From Thermoplasmata archaeon (lineage in GTDB: Archaea > Thermoplasmatota > Thermoplasmata > Lutacidiplasmatales > SKW197), in assembly GCA_049970095.1 (NCBI GenBank), contig JBMFNP010000002.1, forward strand, positions 1 through 24,000: 24,000 nucleotides of DNA, written 5' to 3'. Below, one piece after another: positions 16,867 through 24,000 of this stretch. The stretch's first letter is position 1; every line of letters starts with the position of its first letter. The notes under the pieces were generated by a model. The model was not told the DNA's origin and made no database searches. It worked only from the letters and a program-made list of their open reading frames with translations. The position numbers and the translations under genes are program-made.

Positions 16867-17286
16867 ATGAAAAAGCAGAAAAGGGTGATTTCTGCAAATC
16901 TCGGATATGTTTCTGGAATACTGCTTATACTCGCAGGTTATTCTGCACATAATGAAATGATTACCCTCATCCTCAATTATGCCACAAAAATTGGGTTTGT
17001 GAGCGGAATTGCCACAATCCTCCTCTACATAATAACCCTTCTTGGGACTCTGGGTGGCTTTACCGTGATTTTGGGGAGTTATGCGGTCGCCAGGAATCAT
17101 ATCTATCTTGGAAAGTTTTTGCTCAGCATCGGCTCTGGCTTCGGTTTAATTGAACTCATTATCTACCTCGGGACAAAATACGGAGGAAATTTCATTACTG
17201 GCATTGAGCTGTTTGTAAGTTCAATTTTAGGGTTCGGAATAATTCTTGCAATTATTGCAAGAGGATTGGTAGGTGATTGGCTATGA
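16867..17286 (+). CDS. small integral membrane protein (about 4 TM helices), function unknown
   Basis: 139 aa with four hydrophobic segments, e.g. 'LGYVSGILLILAGY', 'IATILLYIITLLGTLGGFTVILG' and 'FLLSIGSGFGLIELIIYL'. It starts 2 nt after the nadC stop. A T6 run at 17291-17296 just downstream is a plausible terminator. Confidence 0.7.
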   Translation: MKKQKRVISANLGYVSGILLILAGYSAHNEMITLILNYATKIGFVSGIATILLYIITLLGTLGGFTVILGSYAVARNHIYLGKFLLSIGSGFGLIELIIYLGTKYGGNFITGIELFVSSILGFGIILAIIARGLVGDWL

Positions 17287-19251
17287 GAGCTTTTTTGCAA
17301 CACCTTCTACGCTTTCCTCTCTCCAGAGTTCTTTGTATCTTCTGATAAACCTTCGCACAAGATACCAAACAGCAAGCAACACCATGACGGTGGCCAGCAC
17401 TCCAATGCCTGCAAATACATACATTGCGTAATCGGGTTTCACAATCACTTTCACTGTAATATTGTAAACCGAATGTATGCTCTCACTATTGTCCTGAATA
17501 TTCATTAGAACTACCTTTATTGTTATGTTAAATGTTCTATTAGTAATTAACAGTGTATCTAACTTAAATGTGAGGGTTTCACTTGTGCCAATGTCAAATC
17601 TTTTTGTCATGAAAATAGAAGAATCTATGTATATTTCCACACCCACACTAAAAATAGAATATCTGGCACGATTGAGGAGTGTTATGCTTCCTTCAATAAC
17701 CTCTCCCTCTCCCAGTTTAACTGCAACTTCTCTGTTCATTTCAAGTTTTTCATTTTTAAGGTGGTTTCCGAGCGTGAGATAAACTTCAAGTTCAACTGCA
17801 ACACAGATTGTAAAATTTTTTCTCTCCGCTTCTCCGTCTGCATTGCAATCCAGCAGAATACGATGGTATCCACCAGTTTTCGGAATCCATGTAAAGGTGA
17901 CATTGTATTCCCTATTTGCAATGGTATTTTCAAGGAGTGTATGACCAATGATTTCATTTCCCTGCCCCGCATCATGGGTGAGATTCAGTTCAATTTTTGA
18001 GTTTGCAGCAACGCTCAGAACACCAATAGTGAAGGTTACCGTCTGATTAATCTCTGGTAATCTTGGAGAATACTCTACATATGCTATCTCTATATTTTTT
18101 ACCCCATACAGCAGCACCTTACCAGGTGAAATTTCCTGAATCCCAGATTCTGTTGTAATAAAAACCTCTTTGAGGGTATTGGGCATCCTATAAAACATCA
18201 CTGAATTTGAGTTTCCGAGGTCTGTCATCTCTTTTTCACCCCTGAATTTTACTGCACCTGTTCCTATATCCACAATATAGACATATCCATCATAGGTGGT
18301 GCACCCGATGTCCTTTACCCCATCCCCCTCAAAGTCCCCGATTGCCACACCAAAGATCTGGTTCTGGCATATATGCAGTGTGGTTGTTCCACCCGCACCT
18401 GCACCCAAACCTCCCACCTTAATAATCCATATGTTTCCGTCACCACTACCAGCAATTATTTCATCCACGCCGTCTCCATCAATGTCATCCACCGCCAATG
18501 CAGATAAAATTCCGGGTATGTACGGGCTTATAAACTTCTGTGTAAATTGCCCATGTTGGTAATCCAGAACACGCACAGTGCTCTCAGTATTTCCGCGCCA
18601 GTCCACAAAAACAATGTCTTTTCTTCCGTCTCCGTCTACATCACCCACGCTCACCTCAAAAACCGCATCAGGAGTCATTGTTATACCCTTCGTGAAAAGA
18701 ATACCAGCGTTATAGGTATAAACTCCAATACTTGCGGTGCCGGTCCCTACAATAATCTCATTTATTCCATCGCCGTCAATGTCAACTATCTGTAATCCGA
18801 AGATTGCGCCGTTTGTAAAGTGCGACTTATCCCAGTCAAGCAACACATCGTTTGTCAGTGCATCTACTATGGAAAGATGCCCATCGTGGGTCGCGATTGC
18901 AATTTCAGGTCTTGCATCACCAGTAACATTACCCACAGCAATCTTTCTGACATTGCCACTAAGGATGGGTGATTCCCATACTCTGGTGCCATTTTCAAGA
19001 GAGAAACCATAAACACGGTCTGCAGAACCTGCAAGTACCACTGTGTGTTCATCCCCAAAAATATTGCCTGCAGCGATGCCCCAGCAGTATGGAGAAATGT
19101 CCTCACTTACCCATTTTGGAGAAATCAGTCTAACAGACAGTTGCCCTGAGGATGTTTGTGTGGCTGGAGTGAAAATAGATAACAGGATGATCAGAAAGAT
19201 GAGCAACTGTACACCCTTCGCTGATGCCATACTTACTGTTAAGAAAATCAT
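17281..19251 (-). CDS. FG-GAP/VCBS-repeat beta-propeller surface protein with CARDB-like domains and a C-terminal TM anchor
   Basis: The signal-peptide-like N-terminus is '(MIFLTVS)MASAKGVQLLIFLIILLSIFTPATQTSSG'. Repeated Ca-loop motifs are 'GNVTGDARPEIAIA', 'VDIDGDGINEIIVG', 'GDVDGDGRKDIVFV', 'DDIDGDGVDEIIAG' and 'GDFEGDGVKDIG'. Two CARDB-like segments follow, then 'YVFAGIGVLATVMVLLAVWYLV' and a basic tail 'RRFIRRYK'. The track start 19407 is rejected because it overlaps the rpl1 start region. ATGs at 19284, 19251 and 19230 are all possible. Confidence 0.85.
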   Translation of the reverse strand: MIFLTVSMASAKGVQLLIFLIILLSIFTPATQTSSGQLSVRLISPKWVSEDISPYCWGIAAGNIFGDEHTVVLAGSADRVYGFSLENGTRVWESPILSGNVRKIAVGNVTGDARPEIAIATHDGHLSIVDALTNDVLLDWDKSHFTNGAIFGLQIVDIDGDGINEIIVGTGTASIGVYTYNAGILFTKGITMTPDAVFEVSVGDVDGDGRKDIVFVDWRGNTESTVRVLDYQHGQFTQKFISPYIPGILSALAVDDIDGDGVDEIIAGSGDGNIWIIKVGGLGAGAGGTTTLHICQNQIFGVAIGDFEGDGVKDIGCTTYDGYVYIVDIGTGAVKFRGEKEMTDLGNSNSVMFYRMPNTLKEVFITTESGIQEISPGKVLLYGVKNIEIAYVEYSPRLPEINQTVTFTIGVLSVAANSKIELNLTHDAGQGNEIIGHTLLENTIANREYNVTFTWIPKTGGYHRILLDCNADGEAERKNFTICVAVELEVYLTLGNHLKNEKLEMNREVAVKLGEGEVIEGSITLLNRARYSIFSVGVEIYIDSSIFMTKRFDIGTSETLTFKLDTLLITNRTFNITIKVVLMNIQDNSESIHSVYNITVKVIVKPDYAMYVFAGIGVLATVMVLLAVWYLVRRFIRRYKELWREESVEGVAKKLS

Positions 19252-19281
19252 ATATAAAATCTGTTTGGAAACTTTTATATC
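19249..19281. promoter_or_regulatory. divergent promoter region with two TATA-like boxes (FG-GAP gene and rpl1 operon)
   Basis: 'CATATATAAAAT' (19249-19260) and 'CTTTTATATCC' (19271-19281) lie between or over the possible starts of the minus-strand gene and upstream of the rpl1 start. Orientation cannot be assigned from sequence alone. Confidence 0.3.
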
Positions 19282-19352
19282 CATGCACGATTTTGGAGAG
19301 ATGCCCATGTAGAAGAGGATCCCCTCGGAACCACTACAGGGTAGGTGATAAA

Positions 19353-19994
19353 TTGGCAAACGAAGAAGTCCTAGAAATAGTAAAGAAGATGCTGGAAGAA
19401 TCTCCAAAACGCAAGTTCACAGAAAGTGTAGAACTAGCAGTAAATCTGAAAAATATTGACCTGAAAAACCAGAAGAATAAAATTGATGAGGATGTTATTC
19501 TGCCAAAAGGCAGAGGAAAGAACATAAAAATTGGTGTTTTTGGCAGTGGGGAGTTTGCACTGAAAGCTAAGAATGCAAATGCAGACATTGTCATCACTCC
19601 TGAGGAAATTGAGGCTATTGCCTCGGATAAAAGAAAAGCCAAGAAATTAGCAGGTGAGATCACATACTTTATTGCAGAAGCACCCCTGATGATTACAATC
19701 GGTAAGCGCCTTGGTCCCATCCTGGCACCTCGTGGAAAAATGCCAAGGCCATTACCTCCAGCTGCAGATCCCGCTCCTGTTATACAGAATCTGAGAAGAA
19801 CAGTAAAAATAAGGACAAAAGAGAAGCCCACATTCCATGTGGTTGTGGGGAGCAGGGAGATGAAACCAGAAGATATTGCTGAGAACATTGAAACTGTGGT
19901 GAACAGGGTGGTCTCAAAACTGGAGAAAGGCAAGCACAACATTGACTCAGTTTATGTAAAGACCACGATGGGCCCCGCCTATAAAATAATGTGA
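19353..19994 (+). CDS. rpl1: 50S ribosomal protein L1
   Basis: 'KRKFTESVELAVNLK', 'VILPKGRGK' and 'LGPILAPRGKMPRPLP' are typical archaeal L1 strings. I propose TTG 19353 as the start, with AGGTGA at 19343-19348. It gives 18 residues before the K/PR-x-F motif, the same length as I recall for Methanocaldococcus L1. The first ATG is at 19389. The track start 19224 would add an implausible 43-aa extension. Confidence 0.9.
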   Translation: MANEEVLEIVKKMLEESPKRKFTESVELAVNLKNIDLKNQKNKIDEDVILPKGRGKNIKIGVFGSGEFALKAKNANADIVITPEEIEAIASDKRKAKKLAGEITYFIAEAPLMITIGKRLGPILAPRGKMPRPLPPAADPAPVIQNLRRTVKIRTKEKPTFHVVVGSREMKPEDIAENIETVVNRVVSKLEKGKHNIDSVYVKTTMGPAYKIM

Positions 19995-20004
19995 GGTGAA
20001 TTTA

Positions 20005-20994
20005 ATGGCACATGTAGCAAAATGGAAAATTGAAAAGGTTGAAGAACTAAAAACTAAAATTCAGAGTAAGAGGGTTGTCGGGGTGGTGAACATTGCAGGA
20101 CTGCCCTCGCCCCAACTCCAGCAGATGCGGAAAAATCTCAGGGGGAAGGCAGAGATCGTTGTAAGCAGGAATGCTATTCTCTCCCATGCTCTTGAAAAGA
20201 GTGGCAAATCAAATGTCTCAAAACTCGCTGAATACATTCAGGCACAAACTGGCTTGATTCTCTCAAATGAGAATCCTTTTAAACTGTACAAATATCTAGA
20301 GGCAACAAAAACTAAGGCTCCTGCAAAGGGTGGAGAGATTGCCCCGGAGGACATAATAATTAAGGCGATGGAAACACCATTCAAACCAGGACCAATTGTC
20401 TCCGAACTGCAAAAAGCAGGGCTGGCAGCTGCAATTGAGGGCGGAAAAGTTGTCATAAAGAAGGATAAAGTTCTGGTGAAGGCTGGAGAAGTTATCACAA
20501 AGGAAAATGCACAGCTCCTTGCAAAGCTTGGAATTACACCCCTTACAATTGGACTGGATCTACGCGCGGTGCTTGAAGAGGGTATAGTTTATCCAAAGGA
20601 AAGCCTTGCGATTTCGCAGGAGGAAATCCTTGGACAGTTTGTTACTGCTTCTATCCGCGCACGGCAGTTTGCAGTCCAGATTGCTTACATTACCAGAGAA
20701 ACTGTAAGCCCAATATTAGCAAAGGGTTTCAGGCAGGGTATTGCCATTGTGACAAGGACTGGTTATCCTGCAAGAGGTGCAATTGAACATCTCATCAGGA
20801 AGGCACACATGGACATGCTTGCAGTAGCTGCACTTGTACCTGAGGTTGCAGGTGATGTTTTGAAGAATGTGGCTGTAGTCCAGCCAACCAGCTCCGGCGT
20901 CCATGGTGCCGGAGAGGGAAGCGAACAGAAAGAGGAGAAGAAGGAACCAAAAGAAGAAGATGTGGCTGCAGGTTTAAGTTCATTGTTCGGCTAG
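20005..20994 (+). CDS. rplP0: 50S ribosomal stalk protein P0 (L10)
   Basis: '[16 protein letters not shown]', '[23 protein letters not shown]', and the C-terminal acidic tail '...[20 protein letters not shown]'. The start was moved to ATG 20005, which has TGAGGTGA at 19992-19999. Confidence 0.93.
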   Translation: MAHVAKWKIEKVEELKTKIQSKRVVGVVNIAGLPSPQLQQMRKNLRGKAEIVVSRNAILSHALEKSGKSNVSKLAEYIQAQTGLILSNENPFKLYKYLEATKTKAPAKGGEIAPEDIIIKAMETPFKPGPIVSELQKAGLAAAIEGGKVVIKKDKVLVKAGEVITKENAQLLAKLGITPLTIGLDLRAVLEEGIVYPKESLAISQEEILGQFVTASIRARQFAVQIAYITRETVSPILAKGFRQGIAIVTRTGYPARGAIEHLIRKAHMDMLAVAALVPEVAGDVLKNVAVVQPTSSGVHGAGEGSEQKEEKKEPKEEDVAAGLSSLFG

Positions 20995-21016
20995 AAAAAA
21001 CAAGGAGGTAATGAAA

Positions 21017-21334
21017 ATGGAATATGTGTATAGCGCATTGCTGCTACATGCTCTGGGAAAACCGATTAACGAAGAGAACATAGCGAATGTGATTAAAGCC
21101 GCTGGTGCTGAACCAGATATGACAAAGATAAAGGCACTCACAGCCTCGCTGGAAGGCGTGGATATTGCAAAGATTCTGGAGAGCGCAAGTGCGATGCCAG
21201 TAGCGGCGGCATCTGCACCAGCATCAGGTGGAGAGAAAAAGGAAGAGAAAAAAGAGGAAAAGAAAGAGGAGAAGAAGGAAGAAAAGCCAAAAGAAGAAGA
21301 TGTGGCTGCGGGATTGGGTGCACTCTTCGGTTAA
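21017..21334 (+). CDS. rpl12: 50S ribosomal stalk protein P1 (L12)
   Basis: '[22 protein letters not shown]' is the canonical archaeal P1 N-terminus. It is followed by an EK-rich hinge and the tail '[15 protein letters not shown]'. AGGAGGT at 21003-21009 favours ATG 21017 over ATG 21011. Confidence 0.93.
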   Translation: MEYVYSALLLHALGKPINEENIANVIKAAGAEPDMTKIKALTASLEGVDIAKILESASAMPVAAASAPASGGEKKEEKKEEKKEEKKEEKPKEEDVAAGLGALFG

Positions 21335-21336
21335 AC

Positions 21337-23112
21337 TCAATCCCCAATCTTTTTCAATTGTTTTCTGTACATCTCAATTATTTCTCTGGTTGTGGTAGTG
21401 TCAGTTGCGCTCTTATCCTCTCTCCATCTACCCGTGAATCTCGGGAAGCGCACAGCAATTCCTGCTCCTTTGCGCACCACATCAAAGCCGCATGTGTGTA
21501 CGGGGCTGAGAGTAAGCTCTGCACCCCGCACCTCAACAACAACTTCTGGTAAAAACCAAAAATCTGGTTCAATTTTGGATATCACATTTTCAGGCTTTTT
21601 TGCCACCACAAATGGCTTGAACTTTTTCGGAAGATCAGAAAGTGTTGCATCGTCAAATCCTGTGCCAAGTTTGCATATTGTTTCAAACATTTGAGTATCT
21701 GAGTTATAAACACCGGTGAGCAATGCCCCATATGTGCCCGCCCTCCTGCCTCTTCCTGCAAATGCACCCAGCACAACAAGATCTAGAGTGTCTGTGAGCT
21801 CTGACTTATATTCTCGCTTGTATTTAAGCCACAGAAAACCCCGTTTTCCAGGTTTGTAAATGCTTTCTGGCGCAATGGATTTTGCCATTATTCCCTCACA
21901 TCCGACACCGATGGCTTCATTGAAAAAAATCTCGCACTTTTCTCTGGAATCCACGAGAAGCATTTTTGAGAGTTTCACATGTTCTGTTTCCCTGATTGCA
22001 GAAGCCAGAGCATTTCTTCTGAGCATATAATCTGATTTAAGGTACTCCTTATCATTGAGGTAAAGACAATCAAAGAGATAGATGCGCACGGGAATCTCGG
22101 AGATTGCGGTTTCAATTTCGTGTTTTCTTCCCCGTCTTTTTGAAACTTCCTGGAATGGTAACATTTCCTCAGTTGCAGGGTCATATGGTACACATTCGCC
22201 CTCAAAAATTCCGTTTTTTGCAGCAAACGCTTCTTTCAGAGATTCAATAAGGTCTGGAAACTGGGTAGTGAGATCCTCAAGGCGCCTTGAATAGAGTTTT
22301 ATGTGCCCATCTGGAAAGATGTGCGCCTGTATCCGCAAACCATCGTATTTGTACTCTGCGGCAAACCTTTCTCCCATTCTTTCAAAAATTTCCTCAAAAC
22401 TTGCAGCCCTTTCAGCCAGCATTGCGCGGATTGGCACTCCAATTTTTAGCCCTATCTTCTTGATTCCCCCAAATCCTTCTGTAGCAAGCGTTTTTGCGAT
22501 GAGCCCGATATCGGAACATACATTGTACTTATCCTCCACAATCTCCCTTGCTTCAATCTTTTCTTTCTGAGAGATGAATACTGTTGCCAGAGCATCCAGA
22601 ATTGTGCTTTCTGCAATCCCCAATCTCAACTTTCCTGAGAGTATTCTTGCAATGTATCTTGCCTCCAAAGGTTCGGCATCATGAAAAAGTTCTGCAATTA
22701 ATTTGAGTTTCAGATCCTGGGAGCCTGCACCTGTGCTTTCTGCCACTTTGCACAGCGCATGATACACCTTTTCAATTGTAAGGATTTCCCTGAAAAGAGA
22801 TTCTTGCTTTTTCTGCTGGATTATTTCCTCACCTGCTCTGCCAATATCTCCAAAATTCTTCATTATCTGGTTTACCCTCTCCTGTTTAAGTCCAGAAGCA
22901 AGCGCAAGTGCACGGAGAATAAGTGCTTCTGCAATCCCCAGTTCCACACCTATAAAATCAGGGTAAATTTTTCCTTGAAGGAGATAACATACATGGTGTA
23001 TTTCCTCTGGCGCAAGAGTTTTAAACAGTTCTCCAAGTGTGGATGTGATCTCAGTTCTTTTTGTGGTTTTTTCAATGCGTTCAAAATAGCCAGCAAGCTC
23101 AAGAAAGTTCAA
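21337..23112 (-). CDS. lig: ATP-dependent DNA ligase
   Basis: Motif I is 'AAEYKYDGLRIQ' (K-x-DG). 'EGECV', 'CEGIMAKS' and 'LWLKYKREY' are present, plus the OB-domain 'DLVVLGAFAGRGRRAGTYGALL'. The typical N-terminus is 'MNFLELAGYFERIEKTTKR'. The start codon is TTG (23112..23110), with a GGGGGG run 6 nt upstream. Confidence 0.95.
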   Translation of the reverse strand: MNFLELAGYFERIEKTTKRTEITSTLGELFKTLAPEEIHHVCYLLQGKIYPDFIGVELGIAEALILRALALASGLKQERVNQIMKNFGDIGRAGEEIIQQKKQESLFREILTIEKVYHALCKVAESTGAGSQDLKLKLIAELFHDAEPLEARYIARILSGKLRLGIAESTILDALATVFISQKEKIEAREIVEDKYNVCSDIGLIAKTLATEGFGGIKKIGLKIGVPIRAMLAERAASFEEIFERMGERFAAEYKYDGLRIQAHIFPDGHIKLYSRRLEDLTTQFPDLIESLKEAFAAKNGIFEGECVPYDPATEEMLPFQEVSKRRGRKHEIETAISEIPVRIYLFDCLYLNDKEYLKSDYMLRRNALASAIRETEHVKLSKMLLVDSREKCEIFFNEAIGVGCEGIMAKSIAPESIYKPGKRGFLWLKYKREYKSELTDTLDLVVLGAFAGRGRRAGTYGALLTGVYNSDTQMFETICKLGTGFDDATLSDLPKKFKPFVVAKKPENVISKIEPDFWFLPEVVVEVRGAELTLSPVHTCGFDVVRKGAGIAVRFPRFTGRWREDKSATDTTTTREIIEMYRKQLKKIGD

Positions 23113-23780
23113 ACAGACCCCCCTGTAACTGCTCTGAGTTTTCTGATTTTATCCATATCTGGCATTCCATTCACAAAAATTCCATTACCAGAAACCAGAA
23201 GATTTGCACCATTTTTTACAGTTAGAGTTGCAGTGTCTGCGTTTATTCCGCCATCAACTGCAATATCTATCTGCTTGCCAGAGCGGTCGACCATTTTCCT
23301 GATTTCCAGAATTTTCGGAAGCACACTTTCTATAAATTTCTGTCCTCCAAAGCCAGGGAAAACGCACATCACCACGATTTCATCCACTATTTGAAGGTAG
23401 GGCTCAATTGCATTTGCATCTGTATCTGGATTTAGGGCAATTCCAGACTTTATTCCACTCTCCCTTATGGTTTTTAGCAGGCTGAAAATATTCTCAGAGC
23501 ATTCTACATGCACCGAAATCAGATTTGCTCCTGCATCTGCAAATGCTGGAATGAATATTGAGGGATTTGTGAGCATAAGGTGCACATAAAATTCTTTCTG
23601 GGAGTATTTTCTGAGGGCTTTTACAACATGAGGACCGAATGTGAGGTTGGGCACAAAGTGTCCATCCATTATGTCAATGTGGAACAAATCAACATCTGTG
23701 CATCTGTCCAGTGTAGAAAACACTTCTGCAAGCCGTGATGGATCTGCGGAAAGAATAGATGGTGCAATCTTAACCCTCAT
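23109..23780 (-). CDS. rpe: ribulose-phosphate 3-epimerase
   Basis: 'KIAPSILSAD', 'FHIDIMDGHFVPNLTFGP', 'VHLMLTNP', 'VMCVFPGFGGQKF' and 'IAVDGGIN' are present. Its stop overlaps the lig TTG start (GTTTGAAC). Confidence 0.93.
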   Translation of the reverse strand: MRVKIAPSILSADPSRLAEVFSTLDRCTDVDLFHIDIMDGHFVPNLTFGPHVVKALRKYSQKEFYVHLMLTNPSIFIPAFADAGANLISVHVECSENIFSLLKTIRESGIKSGIALNPDTDANAIEPYLQIVDEIVVMCVFPGFGGQKFIESVLPKILEIRKMVDRSGKQIDIAVDGGINADTATLTVKNGANLLVSGNGIFVNGMPDMDKIRKLRAVTGGSV

Positions 23781-23820
23781 TGTTAGGAAATAACAGGGGA
23801 AATATTTAAAAATGAGGTTT

Positions 23821-23895
23821 GGGGTGAGAGATGTAGAAATCTTGGTAGGTACTACCGGAAAATTTTAAGATAACCTATACATTTTTCTACACCCC
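23821..23895 (+). other. imperfect long-range inverted repeat B, related in its arms to element A at 6412-6495
   Basis: GGGGTG (23821-23826) pairs with CACCCC (23890-23895), and TAGAAA (23834-23839) pairs with TTTCTA (23884-23889), with a 7-nt bulge between the two helices. There is an internal hairpin GGTAG-GTA-CTACC (23844-23856). The arms resemble those of element A. Confidence 0.3.
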
Positions 23896-23951
23896 TCCAA
23901 CAAGAAAAGTATTAAATAGAAATGCGTTTTCAATCTTGGTTGGTGAAAAGA

Positions 23952-24000
23952 TGGCAGAATTCCGAGCAAATGTGTCGGTAGAAGGAAAAACATATGCACT
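23952..24000 (+). CDS. start of an unidentified protein-coding gene (partial, runs off the right edge)
   Basis: ATG 23952 is preceded by GGTGA (23942-23946) and a TATA-like 'GTATTAAATAG' (23909-23919). The frame is open to the window end (MAEFRANVSVEGKTYA...). It is too short to identify. Confidence 0.35.

Noticed and set aside
20937-20994. Direct nucleotide repeat between the 3' ends of rplP0 and rpl12: CCAAAAGAAGAAGATGTGGCTGC at about 20947-20969 and again at about 21286-21308
   Set aside because: It is explained by the conserved C-terminal stalk tail shared by archaeal P0 and P1 ([13 protein letters not shown]), which binds translation GTPases. It is not a mobile or regulatory repeat.
21233-21300. 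Polypurine tract of about 70 nt (GAGAAAAAGGAAGAGAAAAAAGAGG...) that could form triplex DNA
   Set aside because: It encodes the [14 protein letters not shown] flexible hinge typical of P1/L12, so codon-level low complexity suffices to explain it.
1-24000. Search by eye for CRISPR arrays, tRNA/rRNA genes, C/D-box (RUGAUGA...CUGA) sRNAs, inteins, toxin-antitoxin pairs and defence islands
   Set aside because: There are no regularly spaced direct repeats, no cloverleaf-like GC-rich segments in the four usable spacers, and no canonical C/D box pairs. SMC, Cdc48 and ligase have normal lengths, so an intein is unlikely. No small paired ORFs of TA type were seen. A tRNAscan/Infernal run would be needed to make this definitive.

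Overview
By eye this is a moderately AT-rich archaeal chromosomal segment. The archaeal call rests on Cdc48/VAT, the ribosomal stalk proteins L1-P0-P1, an ATP-dependent DNA ligase, SMC-ScpA-ScpB, AT-rich TATA-like boxes about 25-35 nt upstream of starts, and GGAGG/AGGTGA-type ribosome-binding sites. About 22 protein genes fall into tightly packed units, with stop/start overlaps or gaps of 0-4 nt. (1) At the left edge, a 5'-truncated transposase-like ORF on the minus strand faces a membrane-anchored FN3/Ca-loop protein, followed by cdc48 and a SAM methyltransferase. (2) A Zn-ribbon-TPR protein is directly followed by a beta-sandwich protein ending in a RING-like zinc finger; a small membrane-anchored Ig-like protein converges on them. 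(3) korD-korA-korB (2-oxoacid:ferredoxin oxidoreductase, no gamma subunit in the window) plus sucC-sucD. (4) smc-scpA-scpB-nadC plus a small membrane protein. (5) A large FG-GAP beta-propeller surface protein on the minus strand, divergent from rpl1-rplP0-rpl12. (6) rpe-lig on the minus strand, converging on rpl12. (7) The first 49 nt of another plus-strand gene at the right edge. I found no rRNA, tRNA or CRISPR array by eye. Most of the window is ordinary housekeeping. The items most worth a second look are the RING-H2/C4HC3-like finger protein paired with a TPR protein just downstream of Cdc48, two related G-run/C-run imperfect inverted repeats in two divergent intergenic regions (candidate structured RNA or regulatory element), the gamma-less kor cluster, and the apparent rearrangement scar at the left edge. 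All homology calls come from motif recognition by eye; no database search was run.
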